DNA of 51,733 bases from an uncultured Roseicyclus sp. (GTDB lineage Bacteria; Pseudomonadota; Alphaproteobacteria; Rhodobacterales; Rhodobacteraceae): contig CAZGHJ010000001.1 in the NCBI GenBank assembly GCA_964525355.1, forward strand, positions 1-51,733, given 5' to 3'. Numbering within the stretch: position 1 is the stretch's first letter; each line of letters starts with the position of its first letter. A program made the translations under genes and the position numbers. The notes under the pieces are model-generated. The model was not told the DNA's origin and searched no databases. It saw nothing but the letters and a program-made list of their open reading frames with translations. Shown here one piece after another: positions 47,468-51,733 of the stretch.

Positions 47468-48347
47468 GGTCAGGCGGCCTCCTTGTCCGCAAGGCCGCTT
47501 CGCGGGTCCTCCACGTGATTGCGCCCCTGCGACCGGATGTCAGGTGCAGGACATGGCTGCGCCGGGCCGGCACCGTCCCGCTTGTCGGCCGGGGCATCTG
47601 CGCAGCGACACATGATGCATCTGGCGGCCTCACGCCAGCCCCAAGCCCGAGGTTTTGCGGCCCCCCCGCCGCGCGGCGCGTGGGGGGGGGCCTGCGGCGA
47701 CACGCGGCGTTTGACATCCGGCGCCGTCCGCCCCTCGGTTTCCATCCGTCGTCGGCGCAACCCACCGCGCACCAGATGAGCGGCGTCGCGCGGCAGGCAA
47801 GGCGTCAGCCACCTCATCACGTCGATGTGACAGCGGCTGAGCACCCTGGACGCCGGGCGCAGCGGTCCTCCGCGCAAGGCCATCTTGCCGGGACGCGGCG
47901 CGGCGCGGCGTCGAACAGGTGTCCGCCACGTCCGGTCCCGGTACGGCGCGCGCGGCCATTGAACCTCGCACACGCGCGCTACCTCGAAGGTGACTTGAAC
48001 CGGTCCGGTTGCCATGACCGTCGAAGCACATGCGCCAGGGCTGCCGCTCGGCGCTGGCAGGTCGGACAGTGACCGTGGTCGTCCGGGCCTGCGCGACGCC
48101 ATGGCCCGGCACCCGGCTCCGACGCCGCCGGACCGGGATGTCCCACAGCCACGGAGGCGACGATGAGAAGATCTGCAGACGGGTTCCAACCGTCCACGAC
48201 GCACAGGCTCGACCGGCCCGACCCGACGCTGCTGGCGGCCGTCAGGACGCGGGACGAGACGTCCGACGAGGTTCGGCGGCACGCCGCGAACCCGAGGGAT
48301 CGCGCCACGCACCGGAGCTTTTTCCGCCTTTACGAGGACCTGCTGAA

Positions 48348-48989
48348 TTGACCTTGCCGACGCTGATCATGGGCGCGACCTCCGGCATCGGCGCCTGCGC
48401 CGTGGCCGAGGCCGTGGCCCGCGGACATCCCGTGCGCGCCTTTGCGCGCGGCGCCGACCGTCTGGACGCCACGGACCTCGTCACCCCCGTGGCGGGCGAC
48501 GCGCTGAAGACCGCCGATGTCGTGCGGGCGCTCGACGGGGCAGGGGCGGTCATCTACGCGCTGGGCATTCGAGAGCGGCTCGCGATGCTCTGGGAGGAGG
48601 AGACGCTGTTCTCCGAGACCACGCAGGTGCTGCTCGAGGCGATGAGATCCACGGGCGTCCGGCGGCTCGTGGCCGTGACCGGGTTCGGCGCCGGCCGCTC
48701 GCGGGCGGCCATGAGCAAGCTGGAAAGCCTCGGACACAAGGCCGTGCTTGGGCGTCCCTACGCCGACAAGGACCGGCAGGAGGCGCTGATCATGGCAAGC
48801 GATCTCGACTGGACGATCGCGCGGCCCGTGATCCTGACCAAGGGCGCGAAAACGGGGCGCGTGCGCGTCCTCGACGACCCGGCGACATGGCGCAACGGCC
48901 TGATATCCCGCGCCGATGTGGCGGGCTATCTTCTCGACGCGGTCGAGACCGGCCGCGACATCCGCAAGGACGTGGTGCTCGCGCGGTAG
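48348..48989 (+). CDS. NAD(P)-binding oxidoreductase (NAD_binding_10/biliverdin reductase B-like)
   Basis: MGATSGIG, VRAFAR, GDAL, YADK..QE, DWTIARP, ISRADVA; TTG start after GAGGA. Confidence 0.85.
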   Translation: MTLPTLIMGATSGIGACAVAEAVARGHPVRAFARGADRLDATDLVTPVAGDALKTADVVRALDGAGAVIYALGIRERLAMLWEEETLFSETTQVLLEAMRSTGVRRLVAVTGFGAGRSRAAMSKLESLGHKAVLGRPYADKDRQEALIMASDLDWTIARPVILTKGAKTGRVRVLDDPATWRNGLISRADVAGYLLDAVETGRDIRKDVVLAR

Positions 48990-49040
48990 CTGTTGCGGGC
49001 GGCAGGGCGGCAGGGCGGCACGGCGCGTCGGCCGCAGACC

Positions 49041-49430
49041 CTACTCGCCGCGGGTGCGGAACGCCGCCAACGCCGCCGCGTCCAGCGCGATCCGCACCCC
49101 CAGATGCCCCGTCTCGCCCAGAACCGGGGTCTTGGAGAGCTTGGCATCCACGGCAAGGATTTCCCCGTGCGCCGCACAAGCCTCCACGATCCGTGTGAGC
49201 AACCTCTCCTGCGTTTCGTAATGCCCGTCGCGCGCCAGCGCGTCGATGCGGCGGACCAGCGGATCGTAGTCGAAGACATGGGCCATCCCGTCCTGGGGGA
49301 TCACCACAAGGTCGGGGCCGATCGTCAGCGCCAGATCCAGCAGATGCGCCCGCGGGACCACGTCGCCCGCGCCGTAGGTGCCGATATCCGCGGCGATCTC
49401 CAGTCCGCTCAGTTCCACTCGCGCCGTCAT
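49041..49430 (-). CDS. folB: Dihydroneopterin aldolase family protein
   Basis: T-fold size; VFDYDPL..HYETQERL..LSKTPV; ATGA-coupled to the upstream ORF. Confidence 0.7.
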   Translation of the reverse strand: MTARVELSGLEIAADIGTYGAGDVVPRAHLLDLALTIGPDLVVIPQDGMAHVFDYDPLVRRIDALARDGHYETQERLLTRIVEACAAHGEILAVDAKLSKTPVLGETGHLGVRIALDAAALAAFRTRGE

Positions 49431-49654
49431 CGGCATCCGTCACTCCTCTGCCCGCCAAGGGTCTCCGGGTCGGCCGCGGCATCCGAAGCCTCACGCGGCA
49501 GATGCGCCATCAACAGCTTCTGGTAGCGGCGCTGGCGTCGCCGGGCCTTGGCCGCCGTCGCCCGCCATCCCTCGCGTTTGTCCTTCACGAGATCCTCGAG
49601 ATCGTCGGCATCGAGGATGTCTTGCGCCCCCCGTGGCGAGGTTCGTCTCGGCAT
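49427..49654 (-). CDS. Small basic hypothetical protein
   Basis: GGAG RBS; MPRRTS..DILDADDLEDLVKDKREGWRA..KARRRQRRY; overlaps the folB start. Confidence 0.6.
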   Translation of the reverse strand: MPRRTSPRGAQDILDADDLEDLVKDKREGWRATAAKARRRQRRYQKLLMAHLPREASDAAADPETLGGQRSDGCR

Positions 49655-50001
49655 GTCCGCTCCCGCTTCCGCTGCAGTCTCCTGTGCCGGCGCCTGGGCA
49701 CGCCGGGAGGCGACGACATGGCGTTCCGCCGCGCGCAGACCAGCGCGACACTTTGTTCGGGCGCACGGCTCGTCGGAGCGGCGCGGTTTTCGTCCGGCGG
49801 CGCATGCATGGCGCACCGCCATGGCCGCGCGGCGTTCGCAACGCCACCGCAGTGCCCGCCTCCCGTGGCTGCGGGCCGGGACCGGACGGCCAGCCCTGCC
49901 CGTGGCGCGGCGTGCCTCGGGCTGGCCATCGCCGGTCCGCGGGCCAACTGTTGCGCGGCACAATCCCGACATGCGAGACACCGCCGGAAGGACACCGACC
50001 C

Positions 50002-50667
50002 ATGACACGACCACGCCCCGAAGCGCTGTTTTTCGGCGCCATCGGAACGCTCGCCGAGACCTCCGAGCTTCAGCGCCGCGCCTTTAACGCGGCCTTCGCG
50101 CAGGCCGGCCTCGACTGGACCTGGAGCCCGGACCGATACCGCGAATTGCTGCGGGACCCCGGCGGCACCCGGCGGATCGCGGCAGAGGCCCGGCGCCGCG
50201 GTGTCGTCGTCGATGCCGAGGCGATCCACCGGTGCAAGGTGACGAATTTCCGGGATATCGTGCAGGCGGAAGGCCTGACACCGCGCCCCGGCGTGCTCGA
50301 GACGCTCGATCGGGCGCGCGGCCACGGTCTGTGCATCGGCTGGGTCACCACCACAGGCCGGGACACGGTGGACCTGATGCTGGAGGGCTTCGGCGGTGCG
50401 ATCTCTGCCGCGACCTTCGATTTCATCTGCGACGCGCGCAACGTGGGGCGGCCGAAACCGGCCCCCGACATCTACCTTCTGGCGCTGGAGCGCGCCGGTG
50501 TCGCCCCGCGGGATGCGCGCGCGGTCGAGGATACGCCCGAAAGCGCCGCGGCGGCGGTTGCGGCCGGCTTGCCCACCATCGCCACGCCGGGCTGGGCCGC
50601 ACAGGACCGGAGCTTTCCCGACGCGGTGCATGTCGTCCCGGCCCTGTCGCCCGCTGTCCTCGGCTAG
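50002..50667 (+). CDS. HAD-IA/CbbY-like protein with a degenerate motif I
   Basis: FFGAIGTLAETSELQRRAFNAAF..LDWTW, WVTTT, KPAPDIY, AVEDT. Confidence 0.85.
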   Translation: MTRPRPEALFFGAIGTLAETSELQRRAFNAAFAQAGLDWTWSPDRYRELLRDPGGTRRIAAEARRRGVVVDAEAIHRCKVTNFRDIVQAEGLTPRPGVLETLDRARGHGLCIGWVTTTGRDTVDLMLEGFGGAISAATFDFICDARNVGRPKPAPDIYLLALERAGVAPRDARAVEDTPESAAAAVAAGLPTIATPGWAAQDRSFPDAVHVVPALSPAVLG

Positions 50668-50855
50668 GGGCGCGATCCGCCGGTGGGACAGGCGGTGCAG
50701 GCCGCGCGGACATCTGCCTCGTTGCGCCCGAGGGTGGGCCGCGTCCATCGCCGCGCCGGGCGGGACCGTCGGACGGCGCAGTCCGGTGGGCGGGCCTGTG
50801 GACGCGGATCGAAGCGTATGCTATGGCATGCAGCGGATCTTCCGGGGGGAGCGAC

Positions 50856-51116
50856 ATGGCCAAACTTGCGAGCGACGTTCTGATGCCGGCCTGGCAGTCG
50901 TGCCGGACGGTGGCGCTCGCCCTGATCGCGGGCGTGGCACGCAGGACCGGTTTTGACGAGCTTGAAACCCGTGTCGAGGCCCTGCCGGGCCGTGCGCAGG
51001 GCCTCATCGTGGGCCTCACGCTCGCGCTTCTGCTGGGATGCAGCCTGTTCGCGGCGCAGTTCGGGGTTCTTGGTCTCGCGCTCTATTTCGGCGCCGTCGT
51101 GCTGATCGTGGGCTGA
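50856..51116 (+). CDS. Small two-TM hypothetical protein
   Basis: GGAG RBS; C-terminal hydrophobic hairpin. Confidence 0.6.
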   Translation: MAKLASDVLMPAWQSCRTVALALIAGVARRTGFDELETRVEALPGRAQGLIVGLTLALLLGCSLFAAQFGVLGLALYFGAVVLIVG

Positions 51117-51237
51117 CCTCCAAACCGACGGTTGTTGCAGCGCAGCATTTTCAACCGCAGGTCTCATTGCCTTGAATCGCGGGGGCTCTAAGTGGCGTTT
51201 CACAGACGACCACAGCAACCGTTCGACAGGAGAGACC

Positions 51238-51408
51238 ATGGAAATCGGTGGCCTTATACTGAATTTCGGCACGCTGGGTTTCGTTGTGGCATTTGGCTAC
51301 ATCTCGGCCCGCGCGACCGAAAAGTACCGTCAGTCCAACCCGCCCAAATCCGCGTTGTCGCGAGATGGCATCGAGGAACGCATCCGGGCGGAAACCGCCG
51401 CGAAGTGA
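51238..51408 (+). CDS. Small single-TM hypothetical protein (56 aa)
   Basis: AGGAGA RBS; N-terminal TM; followed by a GC hairpin. Confidence 0.6.
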   Translation: MEIGGLILNFGTLGFVVAFGYISARATEKYRQSNPPKSALSRDGIEERIRAETAAK

Positions 51409-51414
51409 GGTCGA

Positions 51415-51438
51415 GGGGCCCGGGACGCCCCGGGCCCC
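51415..51438 (+). terminator. GC hairpin after the small protein gene
   Basis: GGGGCCCGGG-acgc-CCCGGGCCCC; no U-tract. Confidence 0.4.
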
Positions 51439-51733
51439 CTGGCGGCCGGGCGTGCCTTGGTCCCCCGGCGCGTCGTGGCCGGATCGGGCGCATGGCGCCG
51501 ATCCGTTCGAGTGATCGGGCCAGCATGCGCGAGGTCATGATCGACTGGCAACGGCCTGAAGGGCCCCCAAGCGATTCGCCTCACGTGTGCCCACGGTCTG
51601 CGCCGGCGGGATACTCTTGAGTGTATCGGTGCGCGGCACGTCTTGGAGGGCTGCGCGGCGTGGCGATCTCCGCGCCCGACGAAACGCGCGCAGGACATTG
51701 AGCGCGCACATTGCATGCTCCGTAATCGCTTCC

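Noticed and set aside
1-51733. CRISPR arrays, tRNA/rRNA, riboswitches, IS elements, att sites
   Set aside because: No regularly spaced repeats, recognisable structured-RNA consensus, transposase or integrase motifs seen by eye; a covariance-model search could still find small RNAs.

Overview
High-GC alphaproteobacterial DNA, most consistent with Rhodobacteraceae (VPLPA-CTERM protein, cuyA/racemase pair, nqr plus polyheme cytochrome remnants). I found no rRNA, tRNA, CRISPR array, integrase or IS. All family assignments are from motif recognition by eye, not database searches. Left to right: a cadherin/RTX secreted protein (5' truncated) and a VPLPA-CTERM protein; three eroded pseudogenes (hdhA, SAM methyltransferase, DUF885); an RND pump with its TetR and operator; a two-component system with a BOF/YgiW target; an OxyR-like LysR with a peroxiredoxin and a persulfide-dioxygenase-like MBL; a META-domain fusion; a cuyA remnant plus racemase; a fused MFS/spermidine synthase and a glyoxalase; decayed nqr and polyheme cytochrome genes; and TauD. 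The best candidate for an undescribed system follows at 26.0-31.0 kb: a two-gene operon of a tandem SLATT/DUF4231-like 4-TM protein and a TIR-nSTAND1-TM-WD40 NLR-like protein. Next is a ~10 kb island (31.1-41.2 kb) with an FNR-type box before nearly every transcription unit and a gene set paralleling the mycobacterial DosR dormancy regulon. The right end holds an exported phage-tail-collar protein, a ProU-type ABC transporter, a rhomboid protease and a FolB/degenerate-HAD/small-protein cluster.
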